Source: an archaeon (GTDB taxonomy: Archaea; Nanobdellota; Nanobdellia; SCGC-AAA011-G17; GW2011-AR17). Taken from it: a DNA stretch of 49,625 nucleotides. The notes beneath the pieces were generated by a model. It was not told the DNA's origin. It saw nothing but the letters and a program-made list of their open reading frames with translations, and searched no databases. Positions 36,098 to 45,724 of the stretch are shown in pieces; the first letter of the stretch is position 1; every line of letters starts with the position of its first letter. The stretch spans positions 1 to 49,625 of the forward strand of contig JAZDPJ010000023.1 in assembly GCA_043797705.1 (NCBI GenBank), written 5' to 3'. Both the position numbers and the translations under genes were made by a program.

Positions 36098-37003
36098 TTA
36101 CTTCTCAAATGTGAGTAAAAAATATTTTGCTTTGTGAACTTTTACTTCTCTTTTGTTTACCAATTTGAAACATCTTGGGTTAACATTTTCCTTTTGTGTT
36201 ATTATGAGTATTGTTCCTTTGTCTGTTAGCAGTTCTTCAGCTTTTTCAAAGAGATTGTCTATTCGTATTAGTTGGGTTATTATGTAGTTTGTTTTCTTGG
36301 GTTCTGTGAATTTTATATGTTTATGGACTCCTGCTAGTTTTGAGTTTATTTCTGCGGCTGTAACGCTTGTTATTTGGCTGTCTGTTGCTGTTATTTCTTT
36401 TGGGTCTTTTGCCCATAGTGCTGCTTCTATTGCTATTACTCCATCTTTGCATTCTGGATTAAATAGTGATTTGTCTTTTGTCCAGCCGGCTAATCTTAGT
36501 ACCCCGTAGGCTAAGGTTGCATTGATTGCTTTTGAGTGTGCTTTTACTCTGTATTCTCTTTTGCTCAAATCATTGTCATTGGTAAGGTCTTTTCCTAGGA
36601 AGCATTTGTTGTTTATTATGTCTGCTATGATTATTGTCTTAGGGTTGTGCAGGTCTACTTTGTGGCCTTTGTTGTAGAATAGTTCTCCTATTTCTTTTTC
36701 TGCGTCTAATGATTGGAATCTGTGATCCCCTTCTCTTTGGCATCTTACGACAAAGGGGTCTTCTATTTCAAAGGTTTTTACTTTTTTGAGAAGGTCTTCA
36801 AATGAGCTGAATTCTATTTCTTGTACAAATTCGTATACCCTGAATATGCTTCTTGCATTAAGTAGCTCTGTTGCTTTCTGGTTTGTAGTGTCAAATAGGA
36901 CTCTTCCTTCTTGCAGTTTTTCAGCCCTTACACCTATTAGTTCTTCAATCTCTTTAATAGAAATGTCTTCCATTCCCCCGGCTGTTTGTGCTATGTACTT
37001 CAT
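36098..37003 (-). CDS. THUMP-domain RNA methyltransferase-like protein (Trm14/RlmL-like)
   Basis: THUMP region (GMEDISIKE, VDLHNP) and LSKREYR; the SAM-binding motif is divergent (NPECKDGVIAIEAA). Confidence 0.75.
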   Translation of the reverse strand: MKYIAQTAGGMEDISIKEIEELIGVRAEKLQEGRVLFDTTNQKATELLNARSIFRVYEFVQEIEFSSFEDLLKKVKTFEIEDPFVVRCQREGDHRFQSLDAEKEIGELFYNKGHKVDLHNPKTIIIADIINNKCFLGKDLTNDNDLSKREYRVKAHSKAINATLAYGVLRLAGWTKDKSLFNPECKDGVIAIEAALWAKDPKEITATDSQITSVTAAEINSKLAGVHKHIKFTEPKKTNYIITQLIRIDNLFEKAEELLTDKGTILIITQKENVNPRCFKLVNKREVKVHKAKYFLLTFEK

Positions 37004-37058
37004 AAAAACCAATGATAGCAGTAAGCTTTAAATATATATCCTAGAAATAAAATCTAAA

Positions 37059-37469
37059 ATGGATTTAAAACAATTAATACTGGGAACATCACTGGTCGTA
37101 GGTTTAGCAGGTTGTGTAGGCATAATGGCATCTGTTGAAAAAGGTTGCTACATGAAAAGCGGTCTTAGGATGTGTACTGATTATGTTGAGAATGGGCAAA
37201 TTACTTTCTATAGGGGTTTTAAAGATGATAAACCTTTTTGTGGAATGAGAGGCCTTTATCCAGATAGGTGGTTTTCAATTGTAGACCAAGGTTGCGACGG
37301 AGCTGCTGATATTTATCAAGAAGGTAATGACAAAGGGGTTACAAATCATCTTTGGAGAGAGCGAGAAGTAGAAAGCTATCTTTGGACAAAGAAGGATAAA
37401 GAAAGATTTGAGAAAGAATTTGATCCTGAACTTGCAAAAGCAAGGGACATGGTTTGGAAAGAAGAATGA
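37059..37469 (+). CDS. Putative lipoprotein of the DxGCD family (member 4)
   Basis: Lipobox LAGC; DQGCDGAAD...FEKEFDP. Confidence 0.7.
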   Translation: MDLKQLILGTSLVVGLAGCVGIMASVEKGCYMKSGLRMCTDYVENGQITFYRGFKDDKPFCGMRGLYPDRWFSIVDQGCDGAADIYQEGNDKGVTNHLWREREVESYLWTKKDKERFEKEFDPELAKARDMVWKEE

Positions 37470-37996
37470 AACTTAGAAGTTTAGTCTTAGGATTGGTAGT
37501 TGGTCTTGGTGCTTGTACAACCGAGTCAGATAGTCATTGGGGTAAGCGTTCTGAGAACTCATTTAGCAAAATAACTAGAGACTCTGAGTTTCATATTCAA
37601 GATTTTGAAAAAGCTGTATTAATGTATTCTCAGGATAATTCTAATCCCGCATTTTGTGTTGCAGCTGTTTATGAGCCTCGTCCAATAATAACATTAGATA
37701 ATCTAAAATTTGATATTCCTCAAAGACTCATATATGACAAAAATAATTTAGGCTATGTTTTGATGGATATTGGATGTGATGGGGCTGTTGAAACAAAGAT
37801 AGAAAATACATTTCCAAGAGTCCAAAGCATATTACCTAGAGAGGAGAATCAAGAGTTGTTCAAAAATGAGTTGGATCCGTTATACGCTGATATTAAGAAC
37901 GAGGCAAAAGGAGAGCCAAAGCCTAAGAAGCAATTTAAGAGATTCAGCAAGGAAGATTTGATAATTTTTATCCAGAATATTAACCGGTTTTATTAA
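37466..37996 (+). CDS. Putative lipoprotein of the DxGCD family (member 5)
   Basis: Start at MKLRSL; lipobox-like LGAC; DIGCDGAVE...ENQELFKNELDP. Confidence 0.7.
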   Translation: MKLRSLVLGLVVGLGACTTESDSHWGKRSENSFSKITRDSEFHIQDFEKAVLMYSQDNSNPAFCVAAVYEPRPIITLDNLKFDIPQRLIYDKNNLGYVLMDIGCDGAVETKIENTFPRVQSILPREENQELFKNELDPLYADIKNEAKGEPKPKKQFKRFSKEDLIIFIQNINRFY

Positions 37997-38970
37997 ATGG
38001 TCTCTGCAAGATAGAGATTGTTTTTTGTTTCTAGGATTTTTACTTTTACTTTGTCTCCGATTTTGGAATTGCAGTTATTCACGGTGATTGATCTGTTTCT
38101 TGCTACACCGATCATCTGTCCTTTTATCCATCCTAAGCATTTGATTTCAGCATATTCTTTTTCGCCTTTCTTGAATTTCTCTGGTAATCTTTTTGCTTTT
38201 TTGATTTTCATGTCTTTTGCGGTTAGTTTTAGTTTAACTTTGTACTTTTTCTCCCATTCTTCTATTTTATCATAGAACTTCCAGTAGTTGATTGCTTTTA
38301 TTTTTGGAACCTTCCTGCTATATTTGTAAATCTCATACTTTTGTATTCCTATTTTGCATTTTAACTCTTTAGAGAGTGTTATCATTTCTTCAATTCCTTT
38401 GTCATTTATTCCAGGTATCCATACTGGTGCTAATAACAGTTCTATTTTTGGTTCTGCCACTTTCTTAGCTATCGCTAAAACTTTTTTCAGGTCATAGCAG
38501 TCAGTACCGCTCAAGTATTTCCCTTGTTTCGCATCTAGGGTGTTTACAGAGAGATTAATCTGGTTCAGGCCGGCTTTTTCTAGTTTATCAAGCAAAGCAG
38601 GAGTCAATAGTGTCCCGTTGGTTTGCATTGATATGCGCCGTACATTCTTTATTTTAGATGTTTTTTTGATTAGTTCAGCTATTTGCTTGTATGTTAATGG
38701 GTCTCCTACAGAATCGATGTTCACTTCTACGCTTGTTTCTTTGTATTCTACAGCATCCTTTACATATTCCATTAAGTAATCAAGGTCAACTACATAGTCT
38801 GCTTGGTGTATTTTTGATTTTGGTCCTGAGTCAGTTGAGCAGTAAATGCAGTTTAAGTTGCATATTGATGTTGGTCTTACTTGTAGGAGGTCTGTTCCTC
38901 TGTCGATTATTCCGAATGCTATTGCTCCGAGAAGGGGTATTCCTTTTGTTATTTTTATTATTTTTTTCAT
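37993..38970 (-). CDS. Radical SAM protein with C-terminal TRAM-like domain
   Basis: CNLNCIYC motif; FGIIDRGT..LQVRP; basic beta-rich C-terminus. Confidence 0.88.
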   Translation of the reverse strand: MKKIIKITKGIPLLGAIAFGIIDRGTDLLQVRPTSICNLNCIYCSTDSGPKSKIHQADYVVDLDYLMEYVKDAVEYKETSVEVNIDSVGDPLTYKQIAELIKKTSKIKNVRRISMQTNGTLLTPALLDKLEKAGLNQINLSVNTLDAKQGKYLSGTDCYDLKKVLAIAKKVAEPKIELLLAPVWIPGINDKGIEEMITLSKELKCKIGIQKYEIYKYSRKVPKIKAINYWKFYDKIEEWEKKYKVKLKLTAKDMKIKKAKRLPEKFKKGEKEYAEIKCLGWIKGQMIGVARNRSITVNNCNSKIGDKVKVKILETKNNLYLAETI

Positions 38971-39230
38971 AGTTGTATATGGAAGTCAGCTAGTGCTTCT
39001 GTCTCCTGTTCTTCAACTTCTACTTCATCAACTTTTGATCCTTCTGGTCCTTTTTTGCATGCTTCGATCAATTTATCAATCTGTTCTTCTGTTCCTTGTG
39101 CAACTACTTCTAGTGTTCCGTCTTCTAGGTTTTTTACATATCCTTTCAAGCCTTCCGCTTCTCTTTTAACAAATGCTCTGAAGAATACTCCTTGCACTAT
39201 TCCTTTTATGGTCAGTTTTACTTGTTTCAT
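38967..39230 (-). CDS. acyP: Acylphosphatase
   Basis: G.VQGVFFR, GYVKNLEDG and KGP motifs. Confidence 0.95.
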   Translation of the reverse strand: MKQVKLTIKGIVQGVFFRAFVKREAEGLKGYVKNLEDGTLEVVAQGTEEQIDKLIEACKKGPEGSKVDEVEVEEQETEALADFHIQL

Positions 39231-40201
39231 TTTCTTACAAATTTAGGGTATATTCCTGCTTGCATGAACACTCTCAGTTTTGTGGCTACTATGCCTCTGC
39301 TTTGTGCTAGTATGTTCTGGCTGTTCATCTGTGCTTCTCCTATCGCAACTAGCTCGTCTTTGAGTGTCATTATTGCTACTATGTCTCCTTGGTTGATATT
39401 ATCGTGTAATTTTACTACTCCTGGCACTGATAGTGCTGCTCCGTGGCTTATTGTGTCTACTGCTGTGTCTATTATCCATAGTTTTGGCAGGTGTCCGACG
39501 CCGTTCTCCACTGGTTGTATGGCTCTTCTTATTGCTTTTTCATCTTTCATTTCAAAGGCGTCTTTCAATTCCTGTAATGTGACCCAGTTCTCGTAGTTGA
39601 AAGGCCCTGCTTTTGTTCTTACTAATTCAGCCATATGTGCACCAGTTCCTAATTTCTCTCCTAGGTCGTGTGCGTATTTTCTGATGTATGTTCCTGCTTG
39701 GCATCCTATCTTAAGCAGGATATCTCTCCCAGATATTTCCAGTATTTCAATGTAGTAGATTTCTCTTTCTCTTAGTTGTCTTTTTACTGAGCTCTTTATG
39801 GGCGGTAGTTGCATTATTTTACCGATGAATTCATTTAGAACTTCTCTTATCTTATCTTCTTTTATTTCAGAGTGTAAGTGTATTATTGAGACGTATTCTT
39901 TGCCTGCAGTTAACAGTACTTGTACGATTTTTGTAGCTCTGCCTATTGCTATTGGCAGTACTCCGCTGACATTTGGGTCTAGCGTTCCTGAGTGTCCTGC
40001 TTTTTGGACTTTGAGTATTTTTTTCACATAGTCTGATACTTGATGGGATGTTGGTCCGGATGGTTTGTTTAGATTTACAATGCCGTATTCAAGAATTTTT
40101 TCTACGGATCTTTTTTCAGGTCTGCAGCCGTATCTGCTGTCAGTTTCTGCTTCTCGTTTTATTGCTATCTTCCTTTCTATTTTTTCAAATGGTAGTTTCA
40201 T
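39227..40201 (-). CDS. cbf5: Pseudouridine synthase Cbf5/TruB
   Basis: KPSGPTSHQV, GHSGTLDP and GTYIR motifs plus a PUA domain. Confidence 0.96.
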   Translation of the reverse strand: MKLPFEKIERKIAIKREAETDSRYGCRPEKRSVEKILEYGIVNLNKPSGPTSHQVSDYVKKILKVQKAGHSGTLDPNVSGVLPIAIGRATKIVQVLLTAGKEYVSIIHLHSEIKEDKIREVLNEFIGKIMQLPPIKSSVKRQLREREIYYIEILEISGRDILLKIGCQAGTYIRKYAHDLGEKLGTGAHMAELVRTKAGPFNYENWVTLQELKDAFEMKDEKAIRRAIQPVENGVGHLPKLWIIDTAVDTISHGAALSVPGVVKLHDNINQGDIVAIMTLKDELVAIGEAQMNSQNILAQSRGIVATKLRVFMQAGIYPKFVRK

Positions 40202-40306
40202 ATTGTTAGAGAAATATCTGCAGTGATTAATAAAGGTTTAGCTTTTATTTTGCACTAACTTCACAGAGCAATTCTGAATTAGGCGATAAGTCAGCTAGAA
40301 TTTTAC

Positions 40307-41956
40307 TTACCTTTTAATCAGGTTAGATAGGAAGTTAATAGCTATTCTTGTTGTGTCTCTTATTCCATTAGCAGTTTCGGTAATTATTCCTTCATCTTCT
40401 TCATATATGTCTTTGAATTCTACAATCATGTTTTCTAAGTTTTTAAGTTCAGATCTTAGGTCTTCTAGTTCTTCTGTAGGTGCTTCCTCTGCTGGTCTTT
40501 TCATAGGCTCTGATCTTTCTATGCATTTATTACCTTTTGAGCATATTTCATCTGGCGCGCATTCTCTGTCTGTAGTGCATTCATCTCCGAGTAGTTTGTC
40601 AAACCATGTTCTATCGACTGGTGCCTCTAGAACTAAACACCTGCCTTTTTCACATCCGCCAGGGCAGTCTGTTAATTCATATTTGTAGCCGTTTCTTGTG
40701 TTGGGATCGCAAGAATATTCTTTTAGTTGATCTCCTTCGCAGGCATCTTCAAATTCTTCTGCAGTGAGGTCTTCTTCCGCGAGTTTTTTCATTCCGTTAT
40801 TATAGACTGATCGTGTTATATCGGGTAGTCCTGGTTTAGTTATCTTAGGTGGTTGTATGTCTGGTATTTCAGGGACAGTAAAACTGGGTATTTCAGGGTC
40901 ATCTAAACTAGGTGTTATTGCTTGTGGTGCCGTATCTAACTCCCTGGGTATTGAGTTAAGGTTGGCTATCGGGTTTCCGGTTATTTTTAGATTTGAATTT
41001 CGAGTTATCAGACTTTCTTTTGGAGTATAAATTACCAGCTTGCCTTTTGTATAAATTGGGTTTGATGCATGTTTGTCACTGTCCATGCAGTATGGTCCTC
41101 CTGTGCATCTTCCTTCTGCGCAGTTCGGGCATGTTACTTCTAGGAATGCTACTCTTGAGGATTCTGCCCAAATCGGGTTTGACAGTCCTATGCATCCGTA
41201 GTTTACTAAAGTTATTTCATCTTCACAGTAGTCTGTAAAGGTATCAAAGAATGCATCTGTTGAGGGGTATTTTCCTTGTACTGTTGATCTTTTTGTAAAG
41301 TCATCTAGTGATGCTCCTTCAGTATCATAGACGCAGGACAGGTCTGCTTTTGGATCAGAAAGTTTTGTCCCTATCCAGATGGTATTGATCTGCATATTGG
41401 CAGGTTGTAATATGTTTCCTGTAGTTATATAGACTTTTGTAGCAAATGTTAGTTTTACTGCATTTTTTCCATTGAGTGTATCGAGTTCTATTGTGTGTTT
41501 GAGTGTTTGTTCATTTTCTTTTGTGTAGAAGTTTATTCCTTCTTTTGTTAGTGATCTTATTAGTTCGGGTTCTCTGTCAAAACTTTCCTGCTCATTTGTG
41601 AAGAAGTAGCTGTCTAATTTTTGGATTTTGGTTTGGTGTATTCTCCAAGTTGTGTATAGCTTGTCTAATCCATCGTTGAAGTCTATTCCTACTGTTATTC
41701 TGTTTGGTGTTGAGCTTTTTATTGTTACATATGCTTTGTTTTCGCCGAAAGTTGTTTCTGCTATGTTCTCCGTGTTTGCGTCTAGTATTCCTTTGACAGC
41801 AATTGGTTCGCCTTCAGTATTTTCATAGAATAGTTTGAACTTTTCAAATGAGGATACTTGTTTTTGTGGGCCTACATCTGCGGCATCATTTTCAGCTACT
41901 GCTAATGGGATCAATAAAAGGAGCCCTATTAGTATTGTGGTGATTGTTTTTTTCAT
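40307..41956 (-). CDS. Secreted Cys-rich protein, paralog of 46900..48510
   Basis: Signal peptide; FFDTFTDYC...LVNYGC...SRVAFLEVTCPNC block shared with the paralog. Confidence 0.75.
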   Translation of the reverse strand: MKKTITTILIGLLLLIPLAVAENDAADVGPQKQVSSFEKFKLFYENTEGEPIAVKGILDANTENIAETTFGENKAYVTIKSSTPNRITVGIDFNDGLDKLYTTWRIHQTKIQKLDSYFFTNEQESFDREPELIRSLTKEGINFYTKENEQTLKHTIELDTLNGKNAVKLTFATKVYITTGNILQPANMQINTIWIGTKLSDPKADLSCVYDTEGASLDDFTKRSTVQGKYPSTDAFFDTFTDYCEDEITLVNYGCIGLSNPIWAESSRVAFLEVTCPNCAEGRCTGGPYCMDSDKHASNPIYTKGKLVIYTPKESLITRNSNLKITGNPIANLNSIPRELDTAPQAITPSLDDPEIPSFTVPEIPDIQPPKITKPGLPDITRSVYNNGMKKLAEEDLTAEEFEDACEGDQLKEYSCDPNTRNGYKYELTDCPGGCEKGRCLVLEAPVDRTWFDKLLGDECTTDRECAPDEICSKGNKCIERSEPMKRPAEEAPTEELEDLRSELKNLENMIVEFKDIYEEDEGIITETANGIRDTTRIAINFLSNLIKR

Positions 41957-41971
41957 TGTTTAGATTGTTTT

Positions 41972-43297
41972 TTAGCCTCGCAGTAATGTTATTACTCTTC
42001 CTGTGATTCCCCAGAAGAATCCTCCAATGGGAATGCCACCAGAGAATGCCCCGTAATCTGGTGCAGTTCCTGATGATTGAACAATCTCTTTACACTCAGT
42101 TGTTCCTGGTTCCACACACCCTTTTGGATCATATACTATATCATCCCCATTTATTGCAACTAACTCTTTACCAGGCATGCATCGCGGAGGTGTCCAACCC
42201 GGGAGGCAAGCAGAAGACCGGCTATCACCTTCGGATGTTGATTCTAGTTGATCATCACTTTCTTCAGTTGTGCCTGTTGTTTCATCTCCACAATCTCTTC
42301 CTGTGCATCCAGTTCCTGAATTCGGTAATCCGTCTCCAGACCTCCCGGTATTTATGTCTGAGGCACAGTTAGCTTTGACAAATTCCCCCTCTTCTCCTCC
42401 GACTTCTTCTCTTAGGCATTTGTTTTTGCATATGATGCTTTGTATTACTATTTCAGCTTTAAGTATTCTGTCTTTTAGTTGTGCTACATTTTGTTTATCA
42501 ATGTCTTGTGTTGGTTCCCAGTTTTCAGGGTCAAAATCTTTAATGTAAAGCTTAGGGTCTCTTCCATCATCTATGCAGCTTTCAGGATCGAATTCTTCTT
42601 CAGTATTAGTTGCACTTGGTATTTCTGCTGGTGTTGGTGCAAGATGTGCTTCGGCTACTGCTTGTTGAGGGGTTCCTGATAGTGCCTGTTTTAATCCTGA
42701 CAATCCAGGCGATGAAGGCTCTGATGTTGCTATTACATCCTCTGGCGGTGTGCCGCTTGTTGTTACTGGAAGAGCATCTAGAGAATAGCCTAACCAGGTA
42801 ACATCATCTTGGCAAGGCCTATCTGCCCAAGGAACATCAGGACCTTTAACAACTATCCCTATGGCATTATCATAATAATAGTTATTATCTTCATTTTGCA
42901 TACTTACTTTAGAACATCCTTGAAGTAGAGAAGAAGTTGGAGAAGAAGGTAAACAAGACTTGTCTGCACAGGCGTAAGTATACCCGATTACGGCTCCAGA
43001 GGTTCCTCCACCCTTCCGTTTCAATGATTGAGGCAGAGGCATTATGCCTGATGGTACCTCTCTAAAAATATATCCTAAAGAAGTATCTCTCTCATATTCC
43101 CTATCTTGAACTGTTACGCATGGAAAATCAACTGTTCCCAGATAATAGTGAACATCTACCTCCTCAGTAATCTCTTTACACCTAAATAATTCTACATAAT
43201 CCTCTGCTCCATAATTCTCTGCTGCATTCACCATTCCTGCAATAGAAATCAAAAATACGCTTATTATTAATAATGTTACAATTCCTCTTTTTTTCAT
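41972..43297 (-). CDS. Secreted Cys-rich protein, paralog of 48515..49624
   Basis: Signal peptide; IQSIICKNKCLREEVG...EFVKANC; C-terminal GITGRVITLLR. Confidence 0.75.
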   Translation of the reverse strand: MKKRGIVTLLIISVFLISIAGMVNAAENYGAEDYVELFRCKEITEEVDVHYYLGTVDFPCVTVQDREYERDTSLGYIFREVPSGIMPLPQSLKRKGGGTSGAVIGYTYACADKSCLPSSPTSSLLQGCSKVSMQNEDNNYYYDNAIGIVVKGPDVPWADRPCQDDVTWLGYSLDALPVTTSGTPPEDVIATSEPSSPGLSGLKQALSGTPQQAVAEAHLAPTPAEIPSATNTEEEFDPESCIDDGRDPKLYIKDFDPENWEPTQDIDKQNVAQLKDRILKAEIVIQSIICKNKCLREEVGGEEGEFVKANCASDINTGRSGDGLPNSGTGCTGRDCGDETTGTTEESDDQLESTSEGDSRSSACLPGWTPPRCMPGKELVAINGDDIVYDPKGCVEPGTTECKEIVQSSGTAPDYGAFSGGIPIGGFFWGITGRVITLLRG

Positions 43298-43345
43298 TAT
43301 GAAATCACTCTCCTATTTTGTTTTATTTAAGCTTTTTGTGAGTAT

Positions 43346-44200
43346 TTATTTTGTTTTAAATGCTTCAGCTATTTGTTCTGGTTTCCATCCGCTTTTCAGC
43401 AGTCCTTTTTTTATTTCTTTATCAGGCATTTTCTTTGCTCTTGCTTTCTCTACATATTCAATTAGTGAAGCTGGTGCTCCGGTTGCAGGTTTTTTTAGCA
43501 GTAAGAACAGCACTGCTCCGCCAATCAAAACAGCTACTAATGCGATTAGTAGCATTACCCAAGGGAATCCCGGCTCCATTACTTCTAATTCAGGTGATTC
43601 TTCTGATTCTTTTACAAGTATTTCTCCTGGTTTTGCAGATTCTTTTGATTCAGCTTCTGCTTGTTCGTTTGTAGATTCTTTAGGGATGTCCTCAACTATT
43701 ACGATGTTTTGGCCTCCTCTGCTTCCGCCGGTTCCGCCGCTTCCGGTTGTTCCGCCATTAGTTTCTGATTCTATGCAGTCTGAATCGTCTGCGTCTATTA
43801 GTCCATCGCAGTCATTGTCTTTTCCATCTTCACAAAGGTTAAGTTCAGAAATGCCTGGGCTCATCTCTTTGTCTGTGTCGTCGCAGTCTGTTTCTAATCC
43901 GCCAGTGCAGTCATTTGATCCTGGGTCTCCGTAGCCGTCTCTGTCATGGTCGACACAGTATGAGCATCCTGTTTCGTCTATTTCTCCGTTGCAGTTGTCG
44001 TCTATGCCGTTGTCGCAGAGTTCGTCTGCGCCTACATTCACAAATGGGTCATTGTCATTGCAGTCTTCACCTTTACAGTCTCCAATTTCACCAAGTCCGT
44101 AGTTATCCCCATCATCATCGTAGCATACTGCTGCGGTAGAGTAAGCAGATATTGTTAACATAATTAAAAATAACAAAATATACTTCAACCTCTTTTCCAT
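43346..44200 (-). CDS. Membrane-anchored protein with two acidic Cys-rich putative metal-binding repeats
   Basis: Two D.DGD.YG...DC.D...ELC..G.D..C.G.ID repeats, a signal peptide, a C-terminal TM helix and a small cytoplasmic domain. Confidence 0.8.
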   Translation of the reverse strand: MEKRLKYILLFLIMLTISAYSTAAVCYDDDGDNYGLGEIGDCKGEDCNDNDPFVNVGADELCDNGIDDNCNGEIDETGCSYCVDHDRDGYGDPGSNDCTGGLETDCDDTDKEMSPGISELNLCEDGKDNDCDGLIDADDSDCIESETNGGTTGSGGTGGSRGGQNIVIVEDIPKESTNEQAEAESKESAKPGEILVKESEESPELEVMEPGFPWVMLLIALVAVLIGGAVLFLLLKKPATGAPASLIEYVEKARAKKMPDKEIKKGLLKSGWKPEQIAEAFKTK

Positions 44201-44278
44201 ATAGACAATTTAAGAATAGCTAACTTATAAAAGTTTTGGTGACAAATTTCCTAAACTGGTGTGATTTTGTTAGTAGAA

Positions 44279-44806
44279 TTATCTTCCAGTGGTCTCTACG
44301 CCGTCTTTTGATTTTCCAGTGTGCCCGATTAGTTCTTTTTTGTGGTCTTTCTTTTCTTCAGCCTTGTGTTTCTTTGCTGGTTTCTTCATTTTTTCTGTTT
44401 TTTCTTGGAATTCTTTTTCCAGAAGTTTTTCTTTCTCTCTTTCTTCTTTCTTTTCTTTGTCTTCTGGTGCTTTTAGTGCGTCTTTTATTTTGTCAGCGAT
44501 TTTTTTAGATTTCTTTTTTGTTCCAGTCACTTTTACTTCTTCTTTTGGTGCGTCAGGTAGTTCTGCGAAAACATAAGTGCGATCTTTTTCTTCTACTTTT
44601 GTTGCTAGTACTTCTATTTTGTGTGGTGGCTTTTTCATGCCTCTTGCCCATATTGCTTGGTTCAGGTATTTTCCTATTTTAACATCCTCTACTTTCATGT
44701 GTTTTTGTAGGAATTGCTTTAGGGCTGCGCCTGCTTTTTTGGATCTCTTGTAGATTGGCACTTTCAGCCATTCTTTTCGTAGTGGGATTATGTATTTTCT
44801 TTCCAT
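44279..44806 (-). CDS. rpl31e: 50S ribosomal protein eL31 with Lys/Glu-rich extension
   Basis: ERKYIIPLR, KRSKKA and LNQAIWARGMKKPP motifs. Start at 44806. Confidence 0.95.
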   Translation of the reverse strand: MERKYIIPLRKEWLKVPIYKRSKKAGAALKQFLQKHMKVEDVKIGKYLNQAIWARGMKKPPHKIEVLATKVEEKDRTYVFAELPDAPKEEVKVTGTKKKSKKIADKIKDALKAPEDKEKKEEREKEKLLEKEFQEKTEKMKKPAKKHKAEEKKDHKKELIGHTGKSKDGVETTGR

Positions 44807-44808
44807 CT

Positions 44809-44982
44809 TTATGCCTTTATGTTTGTTCTTCTCCAGTTTCTTTTTACTGCTGTGTGTCTTCCTGGGTGGACTTTCTTTCCTTTGCCGTATGTTTTTGGGA
44901 CTGTCCAGAATGGTGCCCATTTTCTTTGGTTTAGCTTTTTTGCTAGTCTTAGTTTTTTTGCTAGGTTTGCGAATGTTCCCAT
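44809..44982 (-). CDS. rpl39e: 50S ribosomal protein eL39
   Basis: Not in the ORF track. Translation MGTFANLAKKLRLAKKLNQRKWAPFW...KRNWRRTNIKA; lies between eS19 and eL31. Confidence 0.92.
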   Translation of the reverse strand: MGTFANLAKKLRLAKKLNQRKWAPFWTVPKTYGKGKKVHPGRHTAVKRNWRRTNIKA

Positions 44983-44983
44983 T

Positions 44984-45409
44984 TTATTGTTTCACCGGTT
45001 TTGCTGCTTTTGATAAGAATGATTGTCCTTTTGGTGTTAGTATTCTTCCTTTGTGTACGCCTTTTTCTGTGTATCTTATTAGGCCTGCTTTTTCCAGCTG
45101 TTGTAGTATTGTTCTTAGGACTTTTCCGCCGGCTTTGTATACTCTTTCTGGTTTGTGGCCCATATTCTTTTTTGTGCTGTATTTTGTTCTTAGTTTTGCT
45201 ACGCCTATTGGTCCTGTTAGTGCTATTCTTCTTAGAACTGATGCTGCTCTCATGTGCCACCAGTCATTTTTTGCTGGAGGCCTTTCTTTTCCTGCTCCTG
45301 TTTTGACGAATTTTGCCCATTCTGGCATTTCTAGTTCTTTTACCTTTTTTAGCTCGTCTGCTGCCTTTGATATTACATCTGATGTTTTTGTGTCTCTTAG
45401 TGATACCAT
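44984..45409 (-). CDS. rps19e: 30S ribosomal protein eS19
   Basis: PEWAKFVKTG..KERPP, WWHMRAASVLR and LQQLEKAGL motifs. Confidence 0.97.
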   Translation of the reverse strand: MVSLRDTKTSDVISKAADELKKVKELEMPEWAKFVKTGAGKERPPAKNDWWHMRAASVLRRIALTGPIGVAKLRTKYSTKKNMGHKPERVYKAGGKVLRTILQQLEKAGLIRYTEKGVHKGRILTPKGQSFLSKAAKPVKQ

Positions 45410-45500
45410 TTTCTTTATAGCTTGAAATTTGTGCTTATTTATAAGCTTTGCCTTTTAGAAGCTCTGTCTTGAGGGTTTAGTTGGTATAAGAGAATATGAG

Positions 45501-45572
45501 TGTACTAATGCAAAACATCTAAAATCACTGCAACCGAAGTTACAGCAAAACTAAACATTAAACATCAGTACA
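45501..45572 (-). ncRNA. Candidate hairpin small RNA, copy 1
   Basis: Long G-U-rich stem closed by cUUCGg; TTTAAATA box at 45594-45601. Confidence 0.6.
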
Positions 45573-45652
45573 GGATATCATAAAGTATAATATTATTTAA
45601 AGCTTTCGGTAAGGGTGCATTTCAGGTATTTCAAAGTGTAAGAGAATATGAG

Positions 45653-45724
45653 TGTACTGATGCAAAACATCTAAAATCACTGCAACCGAAGTTACAACAA
45701 AACTAAACATTAAACATCAGTACA
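45653..45724 (-). ncRNA. Candidate hairpin small RNA, copy 2
   Basis: UGUACUGAUG...UUGUAAC-UUCG-GUUGCAG...CAUCAGUACA; TTTAAATA box at 45746-45753. Confidence 0.6.

Noticed and set aside
45597-45710. Small hydrophobic peptide MFSFVVTSVAVILDVLH... as a type I toxin
   Set aside because: The other copy has a stop after 17 codons and there is no RBS; the substitutions fit RNA pairing better.
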